From Lama glama (Eukaryota), in assembly GCA_028534125.1 (NCBI GenBank), contig CM052817.1, forward strand, positions 86,678,001 through 86,742,000: a stretch of 64,000 nucleotides of DNA, written 5' to 3'. Shown here piece after piece: positions 1 to 12,917 of the stretch. The position numbers and the translations under genes were made by a program. The notes beneath the pieces were generated by a model, which did not search any database, was not told the origin of the DNA, and saw nothing but the letters and a program-made list of their open reading frames with translations. Each line of letters opens with the position of its first letter. Position 1 is the first letter of the stretch.

Positions 1-145
1 TTTTTGTAATCCCTGGGGAAACCACTGAGAAATGAATTCAAAATACGTAGTACAAAAAATGACCAGAGAATAGAAAAGGTACCCTAGGAAACAGCTACTT
101 AACACAAAATAAGGCAGTTATGAAGGAACTGAGAAACAAAATATT
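1..145 (+). mobile_element. Old L1 (L1M-type) fragment, inter-ORF region
   Basis: gtaatccctggggaaaccact...aacacaaaataaggcagttatgaaggaac resembles the ancient L1MC/ME region upstream of ORF2. Confidence 0.55.
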
Positions 146-229
146 GGTATATGCTACTTTATTCCATTCACTTCAGTGAGGATTCTGTCCACTCAAGTAT
201 TTCAGTATTTTTCTTGCTAAGTTTACCAT

Positions 230-1390
230 TGATCTTTACACAGTCAACATGATCTTCAAATTTATCTTCACAATGCTTAGTTCTTAGTTTTGCTTTGAGT
301 CTTTCAACAGCATTGTGAACGCCACATTTGCTTTCTCTTCTCCTTATTTAATGACTACACACACTTCTAGTTTCTTCTTACCTCACTGGCTACTTGAGTT
401 TTGTCCATTTACTTCGCTAACCAAACTAGTTTAGATGTTCTTCAAAGTTGTGTCTTGGATCTCCTCTTTTTCTCACTCTCTATGTATACTTTTCACTTGC
501 AAAACTCACTCATTCAAATAGCTGTAAACAATGTCTCTATTTCAGAAATTCTAAAATTTAAAAATCGAATCTAAATCTTTTTCGGAGACCCAGGCATTAT
601 ATCCTACTGCCTTCTTGAGATTCACTCCTGACTACATTTTAGCTTTATCAACCTTAAAAAACCCCCAAACGCAACATCCTTCTCTTGTAACCAACTTGAC
701 TACACATTACTTCAGTTATTTGAGCCAATGACCTACATTTCACCCAAAGTATTTTCCTCTCTGCTTCATTTTCACTTCTTTTAAATATTTAAAAAAAATC
801 AAATTTAGCTCATAAAATGTCTCAAATTCATCCACTCCTCTCCTTTTCTACTGCCTATGCACTCATAATTCGACTGTCTTCTATCATACATTCATAATTT
901 GACTGTTTCCTATCAATTATGCAATTGCTATAACCTCTTCTCTAAGTGTATACTTTCTCTTGCCATCTCTAAACCGCTAGTCCACCTTAATCATAAGCGT
1001 CATTATGATGAGAAAGATTTCTTTCTCAAACAACCAAAATGACAAGGTGTCAAAAAATATTTGTACATAGGACAAATATTCTCCAAGAATGCCACTCTTA
1101 TCTCAAACTTCTCTAATAACTAAAGTGCTTTTATTCCACAGGGCATGCTGTACCCTAAAAAACTCTTTCATCCAAATTTTTCCTTGTGCATTCCCATTCA
1201 TTCTTCAGATCTGTACTGAAAAGCCACTTTCTGGACTTCTCAGAACCTTCTCTGACACTTGCATGTCCAAAAGAACCTCTGTACTCTATTCTCAGAGAAA
1301 GATTCCTTCCACTGTAGCTGCAACCACAAGGTATAATCATTTATTTGTGAGGTTATTAGTTAATATTTTTCTCATTGTTACACTGTAAGT
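230..1390 (+). mobile_element. Degenerate LINE-2 fragments
   Basis: Pyrimidine-rich L2-like motifs (tccactcctctccttttctactgcc; gaaaagccactttctggac; cacaaggtataatcatttattt). Confidence 0.5.
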
Positions 1391-2379
1391 TTTTATAGTG
1401 TAGCTCTCGTGAAGATTGTGCTCCAGAATATACTAATTTTCTTTGGTGAGACGAAGAATTCAGTTGGAGACTGAGGAAGAGATGTATAAATTATTTCAAA
1501 AAGAGGTTTGAATGAAACAATAATGATCCCATGCCATGAACTAGGTAGTATTATCAACAAAGATTCCAGTTTGGCTGTACCAAGCCTATAAATCATTTCA
1601 GGTCTCAAAGCTCCCCTGCATAAAATTTATTATATATACAACTTACGGTTTATCAGCATGATCAGAGTTTTAAATATAATATTATAATGATAATTATAAG
1701 CAATCTTTTTTAGTACAAAATTTTATTTTCATTTTGGCCAATATATTAGACATTTTTCTATAATTCTTCTTTTCTACAGAAAGGCTACCAACTCTTAACA
1801 CAAATAGGTAGTATATGTAGAGAAAACTTCATGTTTTCCCTTTTTTTAGTAGTTTTAAAAGTCTTGTCACAAATTCTTTTTATGCAAATACTAATGACAT
1901 ACATAATATAGTATATGATATGAGATAAAGAGGAGTTTTTAAAATTTAAAACTTAAAATGATTTTCATCAACTTTCCTTTTAAAAAAGTATTTAAGTTTG
2001 CTTACACTTCTTGGAATTACATTTTTTTTATAAATGCTAACAACTTATAAAACAAATATAATAATTCCATCTTAAATAATTAGCCTAAGCGCTAAGATTT
2101 TATTTAGATAAAGATTGGCTGTATAGATTTTAAATTAATATGGTAAATTGCTTTTATTTCATGCTATTTGCAAAATAAAAATTTACTAACATGTTGAATA
2201 GTAAAGTTACTATAACTGTACGTTAAATCAGTACAAATAAAAATTAGTCTATGACACCATTTTATATAAAATTTTGAATTTTATTGCTGAATATATGATC
2301 AGGTTCAGAAAAATTAAGTATGTACGTATATATTTTGGCTTCTTGATTTCTCTTGTAAGACCATGTATGTCTAAAAGTA

Positions 2380-3480
2380 ATGAATTAGAAGGAAAAAATA
2401 AACAAAAATTCTCTTTATTGTAAAAAATGTTCTTGATTTTTGTTTCTGTATTTAATTCTAGATCAAGCTTGAGAGAAGGACACAGAGATTTTGTTTGCAC
2501 AAATAGATGTCTTAATTATTCATTTTAATCTGATATTCAGATTTAACCATGTCCTTTAATTGCATAACTCTACATCTTCTTTGAATAATCAGTCTGCAGC
2601 TAACAAAGTTCTTCTTTCCGTTAAATTCTCTGCTTGAGCAGAAATTTCATAGAAAGGGTCCATCACCCAGCCATACCCTTCTATTGTAAGAGGGAAACAT
2701 TCAGTGAGTTAAGTAAAACTTGAGTCTTGCCGATATCACTCCTTACTTTTAAGCCAAAGCAGCAGTGAAAACATTTAAAAATTTTCTTTAGCCACATGGT
2801 TTTCCAAAGAGTTATTTTTCTTTTAATTCTCAGCATTCTGACACTTGATGTCAAAACCATATTCTCCAGGGGCTTGCAAGTCAAGTAGTTCCTGTGATTA
2901 TAAAAAGTCTGCTAAGTAGGCTAGTTTCTGCCATCACTTTTTCATCTTCAAAAAATTCAGCTGAACCTGGCCTACCATTACTTGAAAGTACTCCTGGAAA
3001 GTACACCTTCCAGCTCAAAATACTGGTTGAAAGCACTTCTGCTATGCTGCCAGATACCTGTATGTAGCAGACCTCTGTGCTTTTCCCCCTTTCTTCCTTC
3101 CTTCCTTCCTTTCTTCCTTCCTTCCTTCCTCTCTTTCTTTTGTAGCAAACCTCTCATTGAGTCAACCATCAATGATGCAACATCATTATAGATGCTGATC
3201 CATTAGTAAACTTGTTCTTTCCTGACATAAAGAAAAACTTTAAATAAATCTCAGGCTGTTAGTTTTGGACAACTTGCTGCTCTATCTGTTTTGCAATATT
3301 TATAAATCATACAAATGCTACACTGTAATATTTATTGATGAAATCTCTTGACTCATCAACCTAAATACGGGAGCTATTGTTTACTTTATTACTCAAAACC
3401 TCTTCAGCATAATGAGACATGTTATTGACACAAAGATTTATCATTCTGTTGAAGAGCAGAAACTTTTCATCTGATCCTAG
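2380..3480 (-). mobile_element. Fossil hAT-Charlie DNA transposon, transposase-coding portion, disrupted
   Basis: Minus-strand peptides occur in the expected order: VDESRD (~3341-3360, cf. LDESTD), TNGSASIM (~3184-3207, cf. TDGAAAM), LLHTGIW..YFEL (~3010-3071, cf. LLHTEVRW..FEL), WQKLAYLADF (~2904-2933), GWVMDPF (~2652-2672). Stops and frameshifts lie between them. Confidence 0.8.
3088..3140 (+). repeat. (TTCC)n microsatellite interrupting the Charlie fossil
   Basis: ttcttccttccttccttcctttcttccttccttccttcct. Confidence 0.9.
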
Positions 3481-4799
3481 ACTTTTGCTCGCTATAATTT
3501 TAATTCCTTTATTGTTAGATTCTCGCCAACTGTGTGATTTATCTTTTTCTATGGAATAATTTCTGCCAATAAATGTGTTTCCTGAGCTGTTTCACTGAAA
3601 ATGATATTTTTTAAAACAATATAGTTACAATTTTTGAGGTTACAAAAATAAAACAATATTTTATTTTAAAATAATCAGTACATTTGCTTGTCAAATGACA
3701 GTGAATTATGATAATTATGTTTTCAACTTTGCAAAATACAAAAGGATAACTTGGAATACCAGTATACATAAAATTCACTGCTCACTATTTCTGTATGTGT
3801 CCCTTTTTGCTCAAGAGAAATAACTCAAATGACTGTGATCCTTCTTCACTAATTTCATCAAATTTATCCATAAGCCTAGGCTTAGAATCTTCTTCTAAAA
3901 TCTACCTCATGTTCAAAAATTGCAACATTGGACCATCAGATGTCTTTGTAAAACACAAACAATAATCAACTATAAAGCAGAAGGGCATTAGCATTATATT
4001 AAACTAAATAAGGAAACCACAAACATACAAGAGTTTTAGCCTATAGTATGTGTCTAACCTATCTGATCCATGCTTTGCAACATTTATAACAGCAAAGCAC
4101 TATGGGAGAGCTGAGGAACATTAAAAAAAAATCATCTTTTATAATGAAACTATCCTTTGATTTTCTATGACCACAGTAGAGTTTGCTCTTGTGAGTCAGT
4201 TGGTGGCAAATAAAAGAGATCAGGAGAGGTAAATCAGGAGGGAGTGGATACCATCAGGCAATCTGTTCTCCCCTGTTCAAGACAGAGTTTATCAAAACTC
4301 AGCTGCTGCCTCTGTCTCAGGTCCAACCCTGAGAACTAACTCAACAAGTGAACATGGTCCCTACTTACTGTGCACTACCAAAGGAAACTGAAAGGCTTTC
4401 AACAAAAATGGTAAAAGCCTTCTTAGTCAAGGTCCATCAGGGCAAGGTCTAGCATTTTGAAATATGCAAAACTCAAGAATCTTTATTTTTCAGTCATGAT
4501 CTCTCATAAAATCTAAAGCTAAAACTCATGGGATTTGTGCGATATCCTCACTGAGAAACCCTGCTGTAAGTAACAGAATTAAAAAGGGACTGAATATATT
4601 AGAGTGAGCAGAAATCTTTCCATTATTCTGAACTATCTTTGCAGGCAGCTCCCATATCCACATACAGGAAGGAGAGGTAAGACTTTCTGAATATCTGAAC
4701 TTGAGTAGATTTCTCTAGGTCACGTCATTCACATAGCAATTGCTCATTGACCCTAAGTTTATAACATTTGTAGCTAAGCCCTTCAATTCTTGATTTCTC

Positions 4800-5500
4800 A
4801 AGGAATCCATTTATGAAATTCTGTCCTATTTCTTTGGCATCAATTTTCTTTCTTTCAAAGATATTATTCTTAATAACAAATATATTTTAGTTATCTATCA
4901 CCTAATAAATAATAATAATAACCTCTCTGACCCTGTATGCAACAATAGATACTTTCCCAGTTTTCTCTATGAAAAAAATCAAGCTCTTCATATCTTGTGA
5001 CTTCACTTATTCATGATCAATTTTCAAATTCCAGTTATATCTGGTTTCCATCCTGATTCCATTACTGATATATATTTTTTAGGTCACTATCTCCCTATTG
5101 CTCAAACAATCAACATTTCTCTATTCTTGTCTTAATAACTTCCAGTAGTGGTAGAAATGACTGTCTACTCCTCCATCTATAAACAAATATTTTCTCCTGT
5201 ATGTTGTGGAATCAGTAAGATTCTAGATTGCTTCCCAACCCAGTAGCTAATTATTTTACTCTAATTTGCTGGCTACTTCTAGTCTATTCTATTTTCAGGC
5301 TCACTCTTTAGCACTCCTCTCTACACGACTCCTTGCTCTCTCTCTTCCTAGAAATCTCTCATGTTCATGGCTTAAATACTACCTCAAAAGTCAGATGTTT
5401 AAATTATGTGCTAGATTTTCTACAGCCAACTCAACTATACTACTATTCTTTCCTTTGACTTCAAATGCTATTTCCCAGAATCTTTTTATCTATATGGTTT
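4800..5500 (+). mobile_element. LINE-2 fragment
   Basis: L2-like text (ctggtttccatcctgattccattactga; ctcctctctacacgactcc; atggcttaaatactacc). Confidence 0.5.
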
Positions 5501-5859
5501 TGTGTTAGAGTTAGCCAATGAGAGAAACTCTTGCAAGTTTTAAAATGTGGAAGTAAAGCAGAGGCCACTGGTCCTTTGAAGATGGCTAGAGCCCCTCGTG
5601 TGGGCTCGCAGGCTCACATGAACTGTCAGTTGCCAAGGTCTCTGCCAAGACTGCTGCAGTCTCAGAGATTTTTGATTACTCCAGGAGCTTCTAGAAAGAC
5701 CTTGAAAACCACTCTATTCAGTGCTTCCAGCTGAGATCTTTAGTGTCAAGTCCTCTGGCCATCAGATGCAACCTTAAAATACTATGAGAATGGTAAGCAT
5801 AACAGAGACAAAGCCATATTCTGGGCAAAAAGTAACCCCTCTTCTTTGTGAAGTCATTG

Positions 5860-7040
5860 TAGTTCATCCTGAATTTCTGTCTTTCCATCACATCTCATAA
5901 TGCATATTTACACAAATTTTAATGCGTCGTACTCTAAAATTGACCTTCAGTCAGTCCAACTGCCTCCATCGCAACTATAGCCACCTTAGTTGAAGATCAC
6001 CTCTAGCTAAATTCTTTTTCATTTCCTCTTTGCTGTTCTTAAACATATAAATATTTTTGCTTCATAATTATCTAATTTCTCTATGGTTTTTCATCTTTCT
6101 ATCAATAATTTTTATATATAAACGTACATTATTATTGACTACACCGCACTGAATACATTTTAGTGTAAGTAAATTTTCCATTAATTTCATTTTAACTCCT
6201 TTATCTATCTACTCCCTTTAACATCGTATTTTTCTTAAAAAAAAGTCATCTGCCCTAATTGTCTCAAATTTTACCTGATACTTTTTTCTCTGGTTTCCAG
6301 GCTGGTGTTCCTTCTCATAATTCCACTGAAAATTCTCATATAAAATTAAACAATGCCCATGACTTATTTTCAATTTGCATCTAACTCAGCCTTCAATAAT
6401 CTGTCTTTGTTATTTTTTTATTTCATACTTTCTCCCTAGGATACCTCATTTTCCCCATGAATTAATTATCTGCATATATATATATATATATACACACATA
6501 CATACATATATTTATATATTATTTATTTTATTTATATATATATAAAACTCCAGACTCTCTTTTTAATGCAGATATTGACAGTACCTGACTCATAAGCCCA
6601 TGTGAAACGTCCTTTTGTGTGTCGAAAAGGCATCTCAAACTTAACATGATATAAACAGAACCATGGATTTTTATATCCCACTGCTAAATTTGCTTCTACC
6701 CAATAGGGTACATTACTAAATGTTAGATTCATCCATCCAGCTACCCAGGCTTAGAAATCATCCTTGTCATCCTCCCAAATAAATAACATCAAGTTAACCT
6801 GAACTATATCCCCAAATAGAGACCCTCTCAGTACTGCCATGGCGACAACCTTATTTCGAGCTACTATAACCATTTGCTATATTCTCCAGCTCCTAAATTA
6901 TATATCCACAGCCACTTTCTCTTACAGTCTGATCTTTGTCCATATCTATAAACCAGCCTGAGAGAGAGTTTTAAGCATACAATTATGCCATATTATTCCT
7001 CTAATTAAAACTCTCTAATGCCTTTTCATTACTGTGATAC
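5860..7040 (+). mobile_element. LINE-2 fragments with an embedded (TA)n/(CA)n tract (~6474-6545)
   Basis: gggcatctcaaacttaacatg, catccatccagctacccaggc and ctaattaaaactctctaatgcc are typical L2 3'-half motifs. Confidence 0.65.
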
Positions 7041-7438
7041 CAACTGAATAAAATAATTATGAAGTCTAGAGAAGAAAGCACTCTTTCAATGTCCCTTTCT
7101 TAAATTTGACAGGCATGTATTTTACAAGTCTTTAAATTCTGTCACTACTCTCACTTCAATTATAACCCTACAAGGATATGGAGAACATATTCAACAATGG
7201 AGTGAATTAGCTTAGTCTGATACTGTGGTGATAAGAATAATGTTAGGCACAAGTACACGTAAAAGATACCTGTTAAGACTATCAAGTTGATACTTCAATC
7301 AAAGTGACCAGCAACTTTAGCAGGGGGACGACTCAGTGTTACAGGGGCTCCTAGCATTTCACAATGTGCTTGAGAAACAATGGAAAATATGTACAAAACT
7401 GTCCTTCCATAAATATTTTTCACCTGTAACAAGATAAA

Positions 7439-7516
7439 TTATACTTCCACTTTTTCAGGAGTACTCTGGTAGAATGAAAATATCCAAACTACTGTGATAT
7501 TTTTAGTCATACTAAC
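7439..7516 (-). CDS. Candidate terminal coding exon (option B) of the uncharacterised small-exon gene: VSMTKNITVVWIFSFYQSTPEKVEV*
   Basis: Strong acceptor ttttcttttctctcaccatggccttgttag|G. Only phase 0 stays open (25 codons, then TAA), matching the phase-0 end of exon 9890-9838. Confidence 0.3.
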   Translation of the reverse strand, partial: VSMTKNITVVWIFSFYQSTPEKVEV

Positions 7517-8654
7517 CTAACAAGGCCATGGTGAGAGAAAAGAAAAAAAAATATCAGGACAACGTAATGGGTCTGAAAAGGGTTGGAAATGCCTTTGAGT
7601 GTGACAGTGCTGGAAGCAAAACCATGGAACAGTACAAGTAACCTCTGTCTTTGAGAGAAATACAGGAAATGTGAAGGTAGGTGTATAAAGCCACCAAAGT
7701 GAGCTTTGTGACTTCTCACATCTGTGAAGAACCTACCTTGTCTCCTCGTTTCTTTTGCTAATTAAATTCACTTTCCTTGTGCCTACTTGGCATTGCCAAA
7801 TCTGATTTTCCTTTTCAGAACTGATTTTTCTCAGGAGAAAATTGGGAGACCGGACTGGTTTTACCTCAAGATAAATCACAGAATGTAAATTTTAGGACTT
7901 CAACTAAGTTTGCAGGAGTGCAACCCCACTAGGAAGTGTGTGATCCAGCTCCACCTTCACTGTGTATGGCTGAAGCGCTTACTTCTGGCCCCTAACCTTG
8001 CCCTTTGGCTGGCAGACTACAAAAAAACATTAAAATAGTTTAGTTTTACTTATTTATATTTATTTGGCATCCTGAAAACTCACCTTTAAAAATATTCTTT
8101 ACTTTTCTCTTGCTTATTCCTTCACCATTCCAACATCTATATTCAAGCTGCAGATCTATTCTGGGTCACATGCCACCAGAAGTTGAGTGCCTACTAAGTT
8201 GCTATGGTGATAGCAGATATCCCTTATTTACTCTTGCTCCTTCACCCAAGGAGTTTTAGAGCAAACAGAAAGCTGGTTATAAAATCAACTGTGGGGTAAG
8301 CTCTTGATTAAATGACCAGATTTCTCACTTCACCTTTCAAAATGCATGCATTATCCTATGTTTCAATTTTTATGCATTTTTGGCATAGCTCTTGTAGGAA
8401 AATGATCCTGTTATGATTTATGCTATTGTAACTCTCTAGTCTCAGAAAATTTAAAAGATTATATCTTACTAAAATACAAAAATGAATTAATCATTTTACT
8501 TGAGGCTGTAACGACTGGGGTAGAATAAATTTTTGAATTGTCTTATAAACAGTGAAGTGTTTTGTTAGGTTTTATTATCACTAAACATGCTATTCGAACA
8601 AAGTAAAGCAGGTAAGTTAATCAGTAATTGCAGTGACACTGACAAAATGATTTA

Positions 8655-8845
8655 TGTGTGATACACACATGTATTTATATAGAGATGTATATATATTTAT
8701 GTATATATATATGTGTCTATGTATGTGGTTATATCTATACCTACCATTCCATCTATATCTGTATCTCTCTCTTTATCTGTGTATACCTATCCATATCTAT
8801 CTAATCAAATACCCAAATCTATGTATCTATATATCTGTATCTATT
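8655..8845. repeat. Low-complexity (TA)/(TATC)-rich tract
   Basis: Degenerate tatatc/tatcta/tgtata repeats. Confidence 0.8.
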
Positions 8846-9602
8846 GATGACTTCATGGTTCTTGAGTTAGTACAAGGATAACAAAACACACACACATACT
8901 ACACACACACGAAAAACAAAACAAAGCAAAACAAAAACTAAGACATATTATATGGCACAAATAGAACTGGAAGATTAATTTTGAGGTATCAGTTTTCTAC
9001 AGCTAATTTCTGTGTTTCAATATGACATTCTATTTAAAGGATATGTTAAATCTATAGATTTTTAAAATTTTAATAGGTTAAAGGACAGAGAAAACAGCTC
9101 TATAAATGTAAACAGTTATTTGGTTTTTCTTTGAGGAAAGTATGATTTTCTAAGGTGTAAATGGTTCTAGTTTAAAATATAAAAATAGAAAAGAAACCAT
9201 TCTCTAACTTAGAAAGTGTTACCTTCTGTTGTATATAATCATAGAAGTATTAGTATAATACCTTTTTTTCTGACTGTATTTCCAGTCAGAAAATGATATT
9301 AACACTCACTCACTATATTTGTGACTGCTAATATCACAGGGTATTACATAATTTCTAGTGAGCTATAAACCATATTTGTCTCTCTTTCTCTTTTTTCCAA
9401 AAGAAATTCCACTAAAATCAGTGAATAATTTATCTTTGCACAGGTTCACTTTACACTACATGGTAGCTTTTAAAACTTATCTTCATTATCCATGATCCAA
9501 AGCAGAAATAGAAGCTAACAAATATTCCTTGAACAAGTTATGGCAATGAGATATGTTTCAGTAACAATTTCTTAGTGTTTTCCAAAAGAGCTAATATATT
9601 AC

Positions 9603-9679
9603 CATATTGATGAAGATTTTGAATTAATAGACTGCAGTGTCTTGGGCAATTTTCACAATTTCTAGCTGGCTGATAGGGT
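9603..9679 (-). CDS. Candidate 77-nt stop-containing exon (option A): DPISQLEIVKIAQDTAVY* if joined to 12862, or TLSAS* if joined to 9838
   Basis: Acceptor tattatactttacttag|, donor ATG|gtaata. The phase-1 frame stops at 9626-9624 and the phase-0 frame at 9664-9662. Confidence 0.4.
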
Positions 9680-9837
9680 CTAAGTAAAGTATAATACATT
9701 GAGAAAATCTTAAATTCAGACTTTAATGATCTATACCGCAGTAGAAAAAATACCGTATACATGCTGCCCAGTCTCTATAAACATCTTTGTTTCCTAAGTA
9801 AATTATTGACATTTGATTTTGCCAATCAAAATCTTAC

Positions 9838-9890
9838 CCAGTTTAGTAAAATGTTCCATTCCTTTAATAATAGTCTTTGATTAACATTTG
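9838..9890 (-). CDS. Candidate internal exon, 53 nt, phase 1->0: (A)NVNQRLLLKEWNILLNW
   Basis: Strong donor TGG|gtaaga. The acceptor is a tandem tag-acag after ttttttgtgcatatgatatg and is weaker. Only the phase-1 frame is open, matching the upstream exon. Confidence 0.4.
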
Positions 9891-10499
9891 CTGTCTACAT
9901 ATCATATGCACAAAAAAATCTGTTCTTATTTACAAATTAAAAAAATAAATGATGAGATAAATCATAAAACAATAATAAATATAGTTTCCTACACTCAAGA
10001 AATCTACATTCTAACATAAGGGATGAATTGATGAGCAAGCAATTTTAACAATGTGCAAGTGCTACAGATTGTTCAAAGTGGGAAGGGAGCACGAAGACAG
10101 AGGGCCAACTTCTTTCAAGACTTGAGAGAATTACAGTGATGAATGAATAGTTTCCCAGGCAGCTTCTATTCCTCCTCTTTTTCTGTGCCTAACATATCCA
10201 GATCATCTTTAGCAAAACCACGCAGTAATTAGTAGATAACACTGATGAATTTTTTGTGGTATTAATCCTACACCTGTGTCCAGCAACAGAGCCTGATTGG
10301 CGAAAGTCAATTGGTGAGATCTCATCTATCCAGCTAAAGCGATTGATCCAGATTTTTCCAATCAGAACTTTTGTGTAATCATTGAATTGTAATTTTACCT
10401 ACCTCTAGAGTATGAACTTGAAAGCCAAATACAGGCAACCGCATACATAGTATTTATGTAAATTTATGCATATTATATATTATGTATGTATTATATATG

Positions 10500-10830
10500 T
10501 ATAATTGTATTATGCCCAGAGTCTTCTTATCTTCCCTCTTCACCTAGATATTTATTTTATTCATGCCTAACTCTATTCATTACTCAGTGACAGATGCTTA
10601 TGTCAACTGTTCCTCAAAGAAACGCAGTCTCTTTAAGCACCATTAAGCCTTTTTTCCTTTGCATTTGTTATGAATGCAGTTTTACATAAGTTAGTGTGCT
10701 TATTTGATTAGTGTCACTCACCCACAAAGACTGCCATCTCTCAGTCCAGGAATGATTTTTTTTAACATTTTTACTGTGTCCCTGTTCTATAACCCAGAAC
10801 TGTATAATAGGTGATATGTAAATAAATATG
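10500..10830 (+). mobile_element. LINE-2 3' end
   Basis: cacccacaaagactgccatctctcagtccaggaat...ctgtgtccctgttctataacccagaac...taaataaatatgaa. Confidence 0.55.
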
Positions 10831-11759
10831 AACATTCAGTACATCTGATTTCCTATAGGTAGTGTGTATATATATATGTTTTTCTGTTACTTCCATATCA
10901 TTTTCTTTGATTAGGCAGATAAATCTTCCAGCTTTTAAACTTGGTGCAAGACACAGCATTCTTGAATCTTTTCTCAGTTTGTAAAGAGTAGGCCATGACT
11001 ACAAAAATCTATTTTTCAAACTGAGGCTACCATCTGTAGCTTTCCAAACTCTTTACTCATAGTTTCTAATGAGAAAAGAACTTCAATTATTCATGGGAAA
11101 AATATTTATTATTGAAGAATATATGCATAAGTAGAACTGACTTTGAAACCTGCATATTTTGTAAATATAGTTGCTCATTTGAAAATTCCTATATGTCCAA
11201 GCAAAGCAATCTCTCTATGTTGCCTCTCCAATGAAGAGTGAATATGATCGAAATATGGAACCACAGCTTACAAATCTTGATTATGTTAAGCCAGTCTCTT
11301 TTACTATGTAAATGACCAGGTTATTTTCATCTGAAGAATTTTTTAATATTATGAAGAAACATTTCAGAGTGACTAAAAGGTGTTCTAAAACGTTTTTCAA
11401 ATATGACAACAGTTAGTGAAAGAACTCCATTTCTACCATGTTGAAGATATAACTAAATAGTTGAACACACTCAAAATACCAAATTTTAGATATTGATTCA
11501 GATGAATTCTTGAAAAAGACCTAATGGAATGAATTTTCATCATAATTCTATGTTTAGGAAATAATTCTCACTATGCAATATTTTTAGAGAAGGCACTTAC
11601 TGTATTTTACCCATTCTGGTCACATGCATGTGAGTTTGGTTTGTTTATGTATGTTAATAGGAAAGAAATTACAGGGTTCAACAGCCTTATTTAAACCAGT
11701 GACAGCACTGCATGTTGATTATCCGTAGTTTTCCCTTCTGAGCGTTAGCTGGACAGATG

Positions 11760-12060
11760 GTCATCAAGGTATAATTACACCTCCCAGGTTCCATTACTAT
11801 TTAAGTTCTACCCAATAGGATGTGAGATTCTGAAATGATGTTTGCCCCTCCAAGGTCATGAACTTAAAGGCATATGGATGTCCGCCATTTCTGTTACGTC
11901 TCAGTGCTTTAGGAACCACTGTAGCAGGCATCATGGAGCCAAAGATAGAAGCCACCTGTACGATCAGCCTTTCACCTGCACTTTTAGACTCTTCTATGAG
12001 CTAAGCATCTTTGTTTTTAAGCATTATATTCTGGTGTCTTATTTTCTAATAATACAGTTT
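11760..12060. mobile_element. Old MaLR (MLT1-type) LTR remnant
   Basis: ttaagttctacccaataggatgtgag...tgtttttaagcattatattctggtgtc resembles MLT1 LTRs. Confidence 0.5.
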
Positions 12061-12861
12061 AGGTGGTACTTGAATAAAACAAAAACTCTCATATTATTTC
12101 TAACTTAGTAGCATAAAACTGACAAATAACCATAGATGCTTTAATTTTTATATTGTAAATATTGACTGATTTTTTTCAAAAGACATTATCTTTTATCATT
12201 TTTTAAAATATAAATTTATAATTTTAAATGTAATAACAGTTTTCATTATGCTTATATAATTATCCTCATTACATATCAAAGCATGCTATTTTTTCCTTCA
12301 TGATAGTGATGTAAAACATTTATACTTAGATTTTCTTGGAGTAAAATGTGGGTCAGCCTAAATAACAATATTGAATAAATAACTATATAGATGATACATG
12401 AATATGGCAAAAATCATGAAAATGGCATGCAAATGCCACTGCAGAAAGCACATTTAAAATGTTAATGATTCATAACAAGAAGCAGTTTGAAAGAATAAGA
12501 TCTATATGCTCTGCCAATGCTGTGATTCTGCACAATTTACTTAGACTCCATCTCTCACTTTAATTCTTGAGTAATTTTCTATGGGTAAGTGTAATAATCA
12601 TTCCAATCCAGTAAGAGTGCAGTATGGATAAAATTTGAACTGTTTTGAGCTTTCAGAAGTTAGTTTCTGAATAGTGAGTATTCATATGGCATGGTGTAAA
12701 ATGATGTGTTCTGATTACCAAAACTGAGATTCTATTGTTTATGTTATAAAACCCCCTATGACAAGAACATTTCTGATGATACAGAGCCCTAAAATGATGG
12801 CATCATCCTTCATTTGCACATAAGTTGTCACTAATTAATCTCTATAAGCACAGTCCTTCAC

Positions 12862-12917
12862 CATTATGTTTCGTCAGGAAATCATCAAGGGCAGCTTCAA
12901 TGGACTTTGAAAAAAGT
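12862..12917 (-). CDS. Core exon of the uncharacterised small-exon gene, 56 nt, phase 2->1: (I)LFSKSIEAALDDFLTKHN
   Basis: Acceptor tatgtacttttatag|, donor ATG|gtgaag. Only phase 2 is open, matching the end of exon 21059-21010. Locally higher GC with a retained CpG. Confidence 0.6.

Noticed and set aside
8569..8611. Plus-strand 43-nt segment with CAG|gtaagt donor
   Set aside because: Isolated, and such donors occur by chance in AT-rich DNA.
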